Shown here piece by piece: positions 12,570 to 25,413 of a stretch of DNA of 64,000 nt. How positions within the stretch are numbered: the stretch's first letter is position 1; each line of letters begins with the position of its first letter. The stretch is from the NCBI RefSeq assembly GCF_009914755.1, contig NC_060928.1; one strand, written 5' to 3'. The position numbers were made by a program, and so were the translations under genes. The notes under the pieces are model-generated. The model did no database searches. It had not been told where the DNA came from and saw only the letters and a program-made list of their open reading frames with translations. The stretch is from the human T2T-CHM13v2.0 reference genome, Homo sapiens.

Positions 12570-15500
12570 TCTGGCACCAGTGAGGGTCCAAGGAGGTTGG
12601 GAGCTCCTTTGTCCTTGGTCAGGTCACAGAGCTCCTATAAATGTTAATTGTTTACATACTTCTCCTTTAATCCCAGAGTTTGTTTTAAAAACTACATGAT
12701 TGCTGTTTTTGCATATTTTCTCAGTGCTCTAAAATTTTTTTAGCCTACATGCAGGAAGAAGTAAATGCCCCATAAACAATAATTGAGTTAGTTGTGTTAG
12801 TTCCTTTGCTGTTTCACTGTTAAAATTTCCCACGGTCACAGACTCATTCCATAGTCTTATGAGATTAGGTGTATCAGGCATATTCTCTCATCTGGCTACT
12901 TATGTGCTGAATGGAGTTAATGTGGAGTGTTTGTGGAATGAAAGTTTGTGTTTAGGTTCTTGTTTTTTTTTTATTTTATTTTTTTACTCTTTAGGAAGAT
13001 CTGATCTCCCAGTAGAAAAGGATGTAGTGCCACATCTGTGGGATGAGTGGTCCTGATAGAGGCAAACTCATGGACAGAAGTTAATACAGGGCCTAGGGTC
13101 TTAACATATTGCCAGTTGCTATGTTTCTTAAAGTATTAGCTGATTTTTTTCCACCAGGGCAGAAACCTGGAATGGCCTATCATATAATAATTTAAAAGGA
13201 CTCGATTTGTGTCCACTTCAGGAAGCCATTCTAATCTACAACAGAGCAAATGACAACATCTTATTCCAAGTTAAATTAGTTCCTTGACATATTTTGGCAA
13301 TGCTTCTTTTTAGACTATGGTTCATCTTTTTTTAGTTTTTCCTAGCAATTACGGTCTCCAACATGGCAATCTAAAGGCTGTAGGAAGAGGTGAGTCAAAG
13401 TTTCTCTTGCATTTCTGTAACCATCATATTCTCATTTGAATCAGGGAATAGACAGATGTTAACTACAAAATATGTGTTCCTCATATCCATAAGCAAGTTA
13501 ATAAATGTGTTCCCCACTGTCAGTGGTACCCAGGGCTCCAATGGGATATGAATACAAGTTGACTAAACATACATATTCAACAAGTGAAGGGGCTATGAAT
13601 ATTTATAAAGGTGGTCCGACACATGCTTATTCGACAGACATGCATGTAACATAAAACACACTTTACTTTGGGGTGGAGACAACATTTAAATGTGCTACAA
13701 TTAGGCCCTATTAGTCAAAAGGCTTTTTTCAGGACACAAAAGCACACTAGTGCACAATCTCCGTAAACTGGACAGAACTGGTCCATGCTCAGTGGTCTTC
13801 TTATCTGGTTTTGAGAGATAAAATTAGTTCAGACCCTTCAAATCAAAGACAGGCCCACAGATGTCTAAACACCTGATAACACATAAAATTTATAAACAAG
13901 TCATTTTTTCACCTTTCCTTTTTGGCTTTTGGTTTGGGCTCTTATTTTACTCAAAAGGGTTCTAAATATTAATGTATGCCTGTCCAACTCCATTCTTACC
14001 TAGATTAGAACATTGAAATTTGTTCTAAGTCTTTTGATTCCAAGTCCCTTGGCCATAGGAATTCTTCACATCACTGTCTTGTACTTACTGGTTCCTTTCT
14101 ACCTTCTTTTATAAATAACCTTTAAATAAACTTCTAATTTTAAAAAAATATATATATTTTTCTTAATTAGAACACAACTTACAGAATTACAATAGAATTC
14201 TTTTTCTTAGTAACCTTAAATGTTAGTGAAAACCTAGGAAGCAAGAAATCCTGAACTGTCAGATGCTACCATTGTATAGATAAAGCCAAGACATAATTTT
14301 CAGAAACATGTTTCCCCATATCATACCCCTCTCTAAATTGGAAATGCCCCAGATATCCAATAAGCATTTATTATTTAATGCAAAATAATTTTCAGATTTT
14401 AAATTAAACAGAAATTCACTTATAAGAGTTTATCCCATTTACATGTACTCAATTGTTTTTATTTTTCATAGCTTATCTAGATTACTTTTGAAAACTGAGA
14501 CATTAGACAAAGCTAGTCATCATTTAAACTTATTTTCCTGTTAACCATTTTTAAAGCCTGTGAGAATCAACTGTTCACCTGAATGTGAACCCTGAAGTTA
14601 AATACATGGGCATTTTGCTGATAGCTCAGAAGATTCAGCTGTTTTCACTGAACAAACAATTTTAAATTAGTCTTATTTGTTAAAAGAAAAAAAAAGAGAA
14701 TAACACAAAACACACACAAATAGGTGTTCTGGTTTTGGCTGGATTTATAATCTTACAATCTTTATGCCAAACCAACAATTTAAATTATCTAGCAGAGGCA
14801 AATATAAAACAATCAGGAAGCCCAGATAAACATTTATGCTTACAATTCGGAAGACATTTTTATTTTACCAATAATTTTAAAACAATTCTTATTTACTACT
14901 GATTACTAAATTCACATGAACTTGATAGGTTTTTGGACTTAATTTATGAGTAATCATTTACTTAGAAGCCAATTTGGTAGCATTCTAAACACAGGATCTA
15001 ACATAATATATGTACGTATATGTAAATACCTCTAAACATGTATACCTACACACAGAGAGAGACTGAATACCTTTTAACCTGGAACTCTAGCCATGAGACA
15101 GCATCACAAACTCATCAGCCTACAAAAGATGGCTAGATCCAAATTATTTCTGAAAAAATTGGGATCTGTCCACATGGCTAAACTTTGTTTTCCTAACAGG
15201 TAATCCAATGAAGGTTGTGGATCAAAATTTTGGGTAAAGCAGTTTTCATGGCACTTTTGATTTAAAAAATGTCTTTGACCTTTCTTTTTTCAGTTTTAAA
15301 TGAATTTCCAATGTCTTACATTTTAGCTAGAACTGGCTGAACTGTCTAAGAAAACTAAAATCTCCAAGTAACTTTGAATCAGTGATTTTTATCTCAATAC
15401 CAGTAGCTTAATAAATGCAGATACAAAGTAGGCAGAAACAAGAGAGAAATAGAGACTTTTAGAAAACCCTACTTAACTGTATAGTTGCAAATTAACCATT

Positions 15501-16620
15501 TGAGCTCTGAATTTTATTTACTGTAATTTGCTCATTAGTTTTAAAATGTGTACAAATAAGCCATACTATTTAATCAAATGGATTCCCAGAAATTCTAGCA
15601 TGCCTTTGAACTTTTCCATGTTTTTAAACAATTTAAAACTAACAACACAGATACTGAAACAAGCAGAGCACTCCGGAAGTAAAAGGGAGACTGAAGAGAT
15701 GACGTTAAGCATCTTATATCATACTAAACAGTACCACAAATGACCCATGCTAGGTCCAAATGGCACAAAAACCCAAACGGATGAGAGAGAAGATTCACAG
15801 TGTACATATTGGTTTGACTTACCCAGTGTTGGAGCCAGTCAACTCTCAGATACTGTTTTTCTTCTCACCAACTGAGCCTTTCTGGCAGCTGATGCTGAGA
15901 AGTGGGAAAGAACGAGAATTCCCAAGACAGACGCATTCTCAGCAGTTGCTGGGATATCCCTGGAATCCTAGCTGCAGGGTCACCTAGCCACCAGCAGCTG
16001 GTACTCAGGAGTGGTTTTTGTTACCCACAGGAGAGTGACGTCCTAGCATGCTGTCAGTGGCCAAGAAAACCAGGAAGGCTGGCCCACCCTAAGCACACAA
16101 CCCCATGATGGGTGCCATTAAAATGTAACCAAACCTAGATTTGGCTGCTTGCTGCTCCAAAGACAAACACAAGGGATGAGAGTTGGTGGGAGAAAAGGCA
16201 GGTTTATTTGGAGAGTCAGGAAACAGAGAAGATGGCGGACTACCATCCTAAGATACTCTCTGAGGTGGGCACAAATTTCAGACATCTTTTATGTTAGGGG
16301 AGATGGGATGAAACGGGGGTTGGCGTCAAGAGATGACCAATGACCACAGATAATCTGAGTGCCACAGAGAGTCTAAGGAGGTTGGGAACTACTTTGTCCT
16401 TGGTCAGGTCACAATTATGCTCCTATATATTTGAATAAAACATAGTTGTTGACATACTTCTCCTTTAATTCCAGAGTTTGTTTAAAATACAGCATGATTG
16501 CTCTTTTTGCATATTCTCAGTGCTCTAAAATTATCCTATTCTATGTGCAGGTATGAGTAAAGACCCCTTAAACAAAAATGGAATTAGTTATGTTAGTTCT
16601 TTTGCTGTTTCACTGTTACA
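12570..16620 (-). mobile_element. Degenerate ERV1 (MER4-group-like) provirus: full 5' LTR 16124-16620, non-coding internal region, truncated 3' LTR 12570-12824
   Basis: Two homologous LTR copies share 'tttgtccttggtcaggtcaca', 'acatacttctcctttaat', 'ctcagtgctctaaaatt' and 'tttgctgtttcactgtta'. A PBS lies next to the right LTR, and the internal sequence is AT-rich and MER4-int-like. Confidence 0.85.
16100..16117 (-). other. Primer binding site, tRNA-Lys(CUU) type
   Basis: Minus strand TGGCACCCATCATGGGGT vs TGGCGCCCAACGTGGGGC, 14/18, two differences at CpGs. Lies 6 nt from the LTR end. Confidence 0.7.
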
Positions 16621-16638
16621 GTTCCTCAGGACTCTGCT

Positions 16639-17755
16639 TGTGTCCGGAATTGGTGGGTTCTTGGTCTCATTGACTTCAAGAATGAAGCTGTGGACCCTCG
16701 CGGTGAGTGTTACAGTTCTTAAAGGCGGCGTGTCCGGAGTTTGTTCCTTCTGATGTTCAAATGTGTTTGGAGTTTCTTCCTTCTGGTGGGTTCGTGGTCT
16801 CGCTGGCTCAAGAGTGAAGCTGCAGACCTTCGCAGTGAGTGTTACAGCTCATAAAGGCAGTGTGGACCCAGAGTGAGCAGTAGCAAGATTTATTGCAAAG
16901 AGCGAAAGAACAAAGCCTCCACAGGGTGGAAGGGGACCCGAGCGGGTTGCCTCTGCTGGCTCGGGCAGCCTGCTTTTATTCTCTTATCTGGCCCCACTCA
17001 CATCCTGCTGATTGGTAGAGCCGAGTGATCTGTTTTGACAGGGCGCTGATTGGTGCGTTTACAATCCCTGAGCTAGACACAAAAGTTGTCCACGTCCCCA
17101 CTAGACTCAGGAGCCCAGCTGGTTTCACCCAGTGGCTCCTGCACCGGGGCTGCAGGTGGAGCTGCCTACCAGTCCCGCGCCGTGCACCCGCACTCCTCAG
17201 CCCTTGGGTGGTCGATAGGACTGGGCGCCCTGGAGCAGGGGGCGGTGCTCATCGGGGAGGCTCGGGCCGCACAGGAGCCCACGGAGGGGGTGGGAGGCTC
17301 AGGCATGGCGGGCTGCAGGTCCCGAGCCCTGCCCCGCGGGAAGGCAGCTAAGGCCGGGCGAGAAATCGAGCGCAGCGCCGGTGGGCTGGCACTGCTGGGG
17401 GACCCAGTACACACTCCGCAGCCGCTGGCCTGGGTGCTAAGCCCCTCATTGCCCGGCGCCGGCAGGGCTGGCCGGCTGCTCCGAGTGAGGGGCCCGCCAA
17501 GCCCACGCCCACCCGGAACTCCAGCTGGCCCGCAAGCGCCGCACGCAGCCCCGGTTCCCGCTCGCGCCTCTCCCTCCACACCTCCCTGCAAGCTGAGGGA
17601 GCCGGCTCCGGCCTTGGCCAGCCCAGAAAGGAGCTCCCACAGTGCAGCGATGGGCTGAAGGGCTCCTCAAGTGCTGCCAAAGTGGGAGCCCAGGCAGAGG
17701 AGGCGCCGAGAGCGAGCGAGGGCTGTGAGGACTGCCAGCACGCTGTCACCTCTCA
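16639..17755 (-). mobile_element. LTR12C (ERV9) solo LTR, CpG-rich U3
   Basis: Minus-strand ends TGAGAGGTGACAGCGTGCTGGCAG... and ...CACCAATTCCGGACACA. U5 repeats 'gtgagtgttacag'. 4-bp TSD tgct/tgat. Confidence 0.95.
16974..17053 (-). promoter_or_regulatory. ERV9 LTR core promoter: CCAAT boxes, GATA site, AATAAA TATA-equivalent
   Basis: attgg at 17011 and 17049, ttatct at 16984, ttttatt at 16974, in the known LTR12 U3 order. Activity not shown. Confidence 0.6.
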
Positions 17756-18568
17756 TGATGTTCACACATGCTTCTCAGTCCCTTCCCTACTCCTTACATG
17801 CAGCAAGATGGCGAAAGTGGGCTGGAGATGAGTATTTCCTTTCTCACCAATGGAAAGCTCTGGCAGGACTCCAGCAGGTTAGGTTCTGCTTAAATAGTTT
17901 CTCATGAGGGTAGACCAGTTAAGAAGGACAGAAACTGCTCTTCAGTAAGCTCTGGCACATTTTTAAATGATTACTTTTTTTTTTTTTTTTTTTTTGAGAC
18001 GGAGTCTCACTCTGCGGTGGCGCCATCTAGGCTCACTGCAACCTCCGCCACCCGGGTTCAAGTTATTCTCCTGCCTCAGCCTCCTCAGTAGCTGGGATTA
18101 CAGGAGCCCACCACCACGCCCAGCTACTTTTTTGCATTTTTAGTAGAGACGGGGTGTCACCATGTTGGCCAGGCTGGTCTCGAACTCCTGACCTTGTGAT
18201 TTGCTAGCCTCAGCCTCTCAAAGTGCTGGGATTACAGATATGAGCCACCGCGCCAGGCCTCCTCTTATTTTTCCTCTGCTGAAAACATGAGAAGATTTAA
18301 TGATTTTTCTTTTTTTCCTTCTCCTGAAAACATGAGAGGATTTTTCTCTAATATTCACTGCGATAACTAACTAGGTTGAGCTCCTGGAGGTAAAGCTCAC
18401 AAAAGTGTGTGAGATTCTATATGACTGGATGCCCCTTGATGTTTCAGCTTTCAGAGTTGACCACACTGAGCTTTCAGCAATTTGTCACTTAACATTTCAG
18501 TTCCTTCATTCCACGGCTGGATCCTGAGGAGGTTTCAGTTCATCAGTTTCTGTTTTGTGGAGTTGTGA
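17756..18568 (-). mobile_element. Old L1 5' region (L1MC/L1MD-like), interrupted by an Alu
   Basis: 'ttaggttctg...aaatagtttc...gaggg...gttaagaaggacaga...ctctggcacattt...ctcctggaggtaaagctcacaaaagtgtg' resembles L1MCa/MDa 5' sequence in antisense. Confidence 0.55.
17975..18259 (-). mobile_element. AluS (Sg/Sc-like) with a roughly 17-bp internal deletion
   Basis: Poly-T, 'gagacggagtctcactctg|cggtggcg' lacks tcgcccaggctggagtg, ends 'cgcgccaggcc'. Confidence 0.95.
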
Positions 18569-18569
18569 C

Positions 18570-18906
18570 TGGAATTGGCTCATGTGGTTCTAAGGGCTAG
18601 CAAGTTCAAAATGTTAAGGGCAGGCTGGCAGGCTTGAGACCCAGGGAAGAGTTGGTGTTGCAAGCTCGAGTCCAGAGGCAGTCTTGAAGCAGAACTGCTT
18701 CTTCCCTGAGGAACCTCAGTCTTTTTTCTTAGATCAATCAGCTGATTGAACAAGGCCTTCCATATTATGTAGGGTAATATGCTTTACTCAAAGTCTTAAA
18801 TGTTAACCTATCTAAAAAATATCTTCATAGCGATATCTAGACTTGGTTTGACCAAAAATTAGGTGTCATGGCCTAGCCAAAATGACACATAGTAATTCAC
18901 TATCAT
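18570..18906 (-). mobile_element. MLT2-family ERVL LTR
   Basis: 'ggaattggctcatgtg...gcaggctggcaggcttgagacccagggaagagttg...tggcctagccaaaatgacacat'. Confidence 0.8.
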
Positions 18907-19644
18907 ATTTATCACTTACAGATTCATATTGAAAAAAAAATGCCAAAGAATTTTCTTTCAAAAGAAAGATGCTGAACTCTTATTTTATCCTAAACAGTTC
19001 CTGGAATTGATATTCTCAGAATAGTTCAGATAACCTTGAATGATAATTTTTAGTGTTATATATATTCCTTCTGACAAAAGCATCCAAAATGAAGACAAGT
19101 TTGCTGTTCATGGCTTAGATATAGAAACAGAGTGAAATTGATTCTCCAGTGTTTTTCTTTTACTGCATATGTATAAATTCTGAATTTTCTTTATACTATC
19201 TTTGAATTTTATTTCTGGATTTGTTTCTAATTATTTTACTCACCACAATATCAGACAATTATCATCATTGAGATCTTATTAATACCAAAGATCAGAGCTA
19301 ATTCCGTTACATATTTGCTAATAATTTTCTTAAATCCCTAAGGATATGTTACTCTAGATCGCCATATTCATCTTTTGATTTGAACGCCATCAAGACAATA
19401 CTAGAAGGAGGTTCTATACCTCTCTTTGCCTTTCAAGAAATATACTATTAATTGTACACAAAAATATTACTTTCTCTGGGATTAGGTATCAGAATTATCC
19501 ATGTTAATTAATTGCACAACTAATTTTTTAAACAAAGAGAAGTTAGCAGGGAGTCTGCTAATATTCATAGTCAGAAGTATGTAATTATTGGGCAAACTTT
19601 GTTTTTCTGTTTGCATTTCTTGCTACTTTTCTAAGTTTGAACTT

Positions 19645-20895
19645 CTTTTTATTATTATTATTTTATTTTATTTTTCCGTAAGTTATTGGGGTACAGGTGA
19701 TATTTGGTTATATGAGTAAGTTCTTTAGTGGTGATTTGTGAAATCCTGGTGCACCCATCACCTGAGCAGTATACACTGCACCATATATGTTGTCTTTTAT
19801 CCCTTGCCCCCCTCCCACTCTTCCGCCCAAGTCCCCAAAGTCCGTTGTATCATTCTTATGCCTTTGTGTTCTCATAGCTTAGTTCCCACATATCAGTAAG
19901 AACATACAATGTTTGGTTTTCCATTCCTGAGTTACTTTACTTAGAATAATAGTCTCCAATCTCATGCAGGTCATTGCAAATGCTGTTAATTCATTCCTTT
20001 TTTGGCTGAGCAGTATTCCATCATATATATATGTGTGTGTGTATATATATATGTGTGTGTGTATATATATGTGTGTGTGTATATATATGTGTATATATGT
20101 GTGTATATATGTATACATATGTGTGTATATATGTATACATATGTGTGTATATGTGTGTGTATATATATATAACACACACATGTTATATATATATACACAC
20201 ACACATGTATATATATATGATGGAATACTGCTCAGCCAAAAAAGGAATGAATTATATATATGATATATATATGATATATATGAGATATATATATAAATGA
20301 ATGATATATATGATTATATATATATATATATCACAGTTTCTTTATCCACTCGTTGACTGATGTGCATTTGGGTTGGTTCCACGATTTTGTAATTGTGAAT
20401 TGTGCTGCTGTAAACATGCGTGTGCGAGTATCTTTTTTGAATAATGATGTCTTTTCCTCTGGGTAGATACCCAGTAGTGGAATTGCTGGATCAAATGGTA
20501 GCTCCACTTTTAGTTCTTTAAGGAATCGCCACACTGCTTGGCATAGGGGCTGTACTAGTTTACATTTCCACCAGCAGTGTGAGAGTATTCCCTGACCACC
20601 GCATCCATGCCAACATCTATTGTTTTTTGATATTTTGATTATGGCCATTCTTGCAGGAGTAAGGTGGTATCGCATTGTGTTTTTGATTTGCATTTGGAGA
20701 AAATCTTCACAATCTATACATCTGACAAAGGACTAATAGCCAGAATCTACAACAAACTCAAACAAATCAGAAAAAAACAAACAATCCTATCAAAAAGTGG
20801 GGCAACAACATGAATAGAGAATTCTCAAAAGAGGATATACAAATAGCAAAGAAACATATGAAAAAATGCTCAACATCACTAAGGATCAGGGAAAC
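19645..20895 (-). mobile_element. L1PB1-like 5'-truncated element with 5' inversion (19645-20695 minus, 20696-20895 plus)
   Basis: L1PB1 3'UTR 'aagttattggggtacaggtg...aagttctttagtggtgatttgtga'. ORF2 peptide [19 protein letters not shown] on minus. Strand switch at 'gcattt|ggagaaaatc'. Short TSD aacttct. Confidence 0.92.
20023..20331. repeat. Compound (TA)/(TG)/(CA)/(TGATATA) microsatellite inside the L1
   Basis: Directly visible. Confidence 0.95.
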
Positions 20896-20931
20896 AAACT
20901 TCTCTATGCACTATGAATCTTGTCTGTTTAA

Positions 20932-21307
<376 letters not shown>

Positions 21308-22615
21308 TAAAGATATTCCTAAGGGTTTTTACCACTCTGTTACTTACTACTTGGTGAAAAATCAAGAGAATGAGGACATCCTTTGACCTAAAATCAAATA
21401 CACACCAGAGACAATTCTAAAGGCAAATTTGGAATGAGGCTTTTTGATAAACATATACAAAGAGAATATTAAAGTTCTAAATTACTCATACACTTCTTGA
21501 CCCAATTTCTGCAAATCATGGGAAAAAGAAGAAAATAAAAAGAAAAAATTGAAATAAAGATACACTGTTTTTTTGCTTTTTACCCTGCTTTGAGTAGATT
21601 TAGAATACAAATTTAAGACACACTGTATAATCACAATTCATTTACAAATTAACATTAATTTGGCCATGTAATACAAAACAAATCTCCTTTTCAAAATAAT
21701 TTACCTTCAAGGATAAACCTTAACATATTTTCTATTACAAATGGAACACCTTGGAATTAAAAATGCAATACTTATTCTACTTTTGAGCATCTTTGTCATG
21801 GGAGCACAGTGGTTTTAAAACACTTTCATAAGTATTGTTTTTTTTGCATCAAAAATAAACATTTTTCACTTTTGTTTTTCTTACAAGAAAATTGAACCTT
21901 TAGCTATTAAGAATTACATTAGAAATATTATATTTGTCAAGTAAATGCAAATTTCCTAATAAGAATATATTTGTTTAAAAAGTAGAATTTTTTAAAAATT
22001 GTAGATGGAGATTAAAATGATAGTTTTAGTATAAAATTTTAGTTATTAGAATATTAGCATAAGAGAAGTTGCTTTGTATATTTTACAGCACCCTACCCAT
22101 GTTTCTTTGGTTTATAACTTAGCCTATGAAAGATAACATTTAACTGAAATAATTTACTGGCTAGAAGCTCTTAGTAGGTTTTAGAAATATTCATTATTTT
22201 CCACAGGAAATCACATATGAAAATGATTAATTATGCCTTGAAAGTTGTCACTAATTCTGAACTCTTAAAGCAAATTTGTGGATTTGAATTTTAGGAAAAG
22301 GTATCTGTAAGCTATAATTGATGTTTTTTACAGTCGACAATATTATATTGTGTTTCTGTTTATCTCTGATTCACTAAGCATTTGTATTTCTGGTATTCAT
22401 GAAGAAATTTCTCTTCCTCTGGAATAACTTAGATGTTTCTCTGTTTTGGAAAACAATGGTCCCAAGCACAGCAAATTATTAATATTTATTATAATCATAT
22501 ATGTTTAAAAAACATTACACCTAGAGTTTTTCTTATGGCTGTTCTGGGGATCCTTTTGGATTTTCATTATTCATTACAATATTTTCTCTTGTAAACAGCT
22601 TATTCTTTTTCCTCT

Positions 22616-22993
22616 TTTCTGTAAGTCAGTAAATGACTCAAAGGTCACATATAAAACTGAAAGATCCAAAGCCAGATGTCTCTGGATTCAACCAGGAAGC
22701 TGCCTCTTGCTCAAAAGTGAACCCGAGTAAGCTGTTGCTCCACACAGAATGTTTCTAAATCATTATTTATTATAATTCACATTAATTTAACTCAGAACGC
22801 CCTGGATACAGACAGTAGGTACTGTCATGATAATATGAAAAACGGCAGGACATACTAAAATTTCTAGGCCATTTTTACCATCCTTCCTTGAATATATATT
22901 TTATTCCAAGATTTTTCTTAAATAAATAATTTTTAAGTTACATTAAAAATCACTTTTAGGTTCCTGTTTCTCTTCCAACATGTGAAGTGCTTT
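22616..22993 (+). repeat. Left arm (probable donor) of a 378-bp inverted duplication
   Basis: Reverse complement of 25414-25791, with 12 substitutions and no indels by manual alignment. Confidence 0.97.
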
Positions 22994-23930
22994 ACAAGTT
23001 ATCATTTCCACCCTTACAACAACAACAACAACAAAAAGCCAAACAAACTGAAAAAACACTTTCTAAAAGCCCATCAGAGATTTGAGGTCACTGGACAAGC
23101 TGCCATTCTGAAAACTGGAGAGACAAGTGAATTCAGGAAATACAGATCAGTTACCTGAAGCTGAAGCCACTGGATCCTCTGCACAAACTTCAGTGAATTA
23201 TTGCAAGCTGAGGGTGGATAAGCTTGAGAGGTGAAAACGCCTAGGTGCCCAGCTTGGGGAAGGACCGCATATTTTGATGGGTTTTTATCTACAGGGACCC
23301 TACTGAGATCTCCTAATGAAGATCAGAGAAAAATCCCTTTCTGTTTGGCTAGGGGAGAGAAAAAGTAACCGTTTGGAAATGTACCCAAGGGAAAGGTAAC
23401 AATTTTGAAAGAAATCCAGAATGATCTCTCCAAAAAAAAAAAAAAAAAAAAAAAAGACCTACACAGAAAGGGAGAACACTTCTCAAGAGCCTTATCCAAT
23501 GTGAGGAAGGGAAAATTACACAACTCTAGCCACCGCTAGCCTTCTGTCTCACAGAACGAGGGGTGCAAAGCTGAGAAAGACTTAAGAAAATCATAGCAGA
23601 CGGTCACAGATCCACCGAATGACTGGAACCTCATTACAGGTTTGCAGAATGCTTTTCTCCCCAACACAATACATCAACAGGGCTACTGTATAATAACAGG
23701 AATACAGCTGAAAATTCTGCAAGGCTCAGACTCTACTTAAGGACTTTCTAGGAAAACCAAGGGCAACAGAAAAGACAAAAAGTAAAAAAAAAAGACACTA
23801 GAAGAGATTGAAGCCACTGAAACCAACAACTAGAGCAGTTAACGCAGCTTAACTCAAAGCCAGTTAAAGGTAAGGATTCACATTAAAAGTCTATCTCAGT
23901 TCCTATTATCTAATACAAGCATCTAAAAGG
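22960..23930 (+). mobile_element. Old L1 5' region (L1MC/L1M4-like)
   Basis: 'ttcctgtttc...cccttacaacaa...aacaaactgaaaa...ccatcagagatttgaggtcac..ggacaagctgcc...ctgaaaactggagagaca'. Confidence 0.55.
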
Positions 23931-25413
23931 CAAAGTGCACATCCTCATCCCATGACCCACCCCGCACACACACAGGAGAGCACACAAGCAAAATAAAATT
24001 GAGTTTAAAGGGAATGTTTTCTGATTGTGGAAATTATTTCAATATTTAGTAGCATATTTTAGAAATGTGGGAAAAAATTAAAATAAGCACAAGGTACGTA
24101 CTTGGGTATTATTACATCTCTGAAAAAACCCACATCACACTTATTTTTTCCTACTTAACATATCTGCAGAATGTTTGGCAGACATGAGCAATGCATCATT
24201 AAATTTTAATTTATTTTGATGCAACTGATCTCAGAGTTATGCCAAGTTCTTTTGGAATGGTTTTATAATTTATTATTTCTCCATCATCAACGAACCTAAT
24301 ATGATGAGCAGAGAGGAAGAATAAGAATAATCAATATTAACACTATCAAATATAGAAAGCCTATAATAGAGTAGAGGTGTTTTAAATTTAAATGTCCATC
24401 TTATTGTGCTTTTTGCTACAATCTACAGATACTCATCTTTGGTACCTGGTAATCTAAAACCAATAAATGTTTTGAAGTGTTTTATTTTAATTTTGTCCCA
24501 TGAGCTTTAACATTTTTCAATTTAAGTTTATTGAATCTAAATGGTTGAATTCATTAAGTAAGATGAAAACACAAACTAGTCAGGGTGATAAATATCACCC
24601 CAAATAAAACTCACATAATATTCTTACTATAATCAGTATCCTTACATTTTTAATATTTTCTGGCACTCGAGATATGACTTTTTCCTGAAATTTTTAATCA
24701 TAAATATCCATGCAGTTTTCTAAAATCAACCACTATAATAACAACCAACACAAATAATTACATTTTCTTTTTTCAAAATCAAAAATCAAGTTTGGTAAAT
24801 GTCCCTTTTTATTCTCCATCTATGCCCACCTCCTTATAATTTGTATCTGTCTGATAAAAATATGATTCTCTGATTATATTACCTATACAAAAAGAACTGA
24901 CTATCAGCACCAAGAAAAGAAAAATTAGCCTCTTACAGTGTACTGGAATTAACAAGGATTAATCAGATAAAGCTTGTATTAATAGCACACAAACAGACAG
25001 AAGAATGGGAGAGAAACTTTATAAATATACCTAAATGTATTTATTAATTTAAGGTATTATCTCAATTTGTGGGGAATAAATGGGCTTGGGATGACTAATT
25101 GACCATGTGGGGAAAAATTAAATTCAAATCTATAACTTATAGAGCAGAAATCTAAAACTAATTTAATATTTAAATTAAAAACAATAACTCATGAGAGACT
25201 ATAAGAAATTGTGAGAGAATTTAGTTACATTCTTGGCATGGGGAAAATCAAAAAACCAATAAGAAAAGTTTGAAAATTTTAGCTGTATTAAATAAGTAGA
25301 TACAGATATGAATATAGGCATAGAAATATGTTACTACACTTCCCATACATAAAGGGCTACTATCCCTAATAAAGATCTTTTACAAATTGATTTTTAAAAA
25401 TAGACTTTCAAAA

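Noticed and set aside
17025-17749. Several long overlapping GC-rich ORFs (108-190 aa)
   Set aside because: All lie inside LTR12C U3. Stop codons are scarce because of high GC, and no domain is recognisable.
18262-18345. Duplicated 'ctgaaaacatgaga.gattt' next to an Alu
   Set aside because: Small degenerate tandem duplication within old L1 sequence. It does not flank the Alu, so it is not a TSD.
19879-20300. Low-complexity Y/I/C/V/H/T ORFs on both strands
   Set aside because: Translations of the dinucleotide microsatellite.
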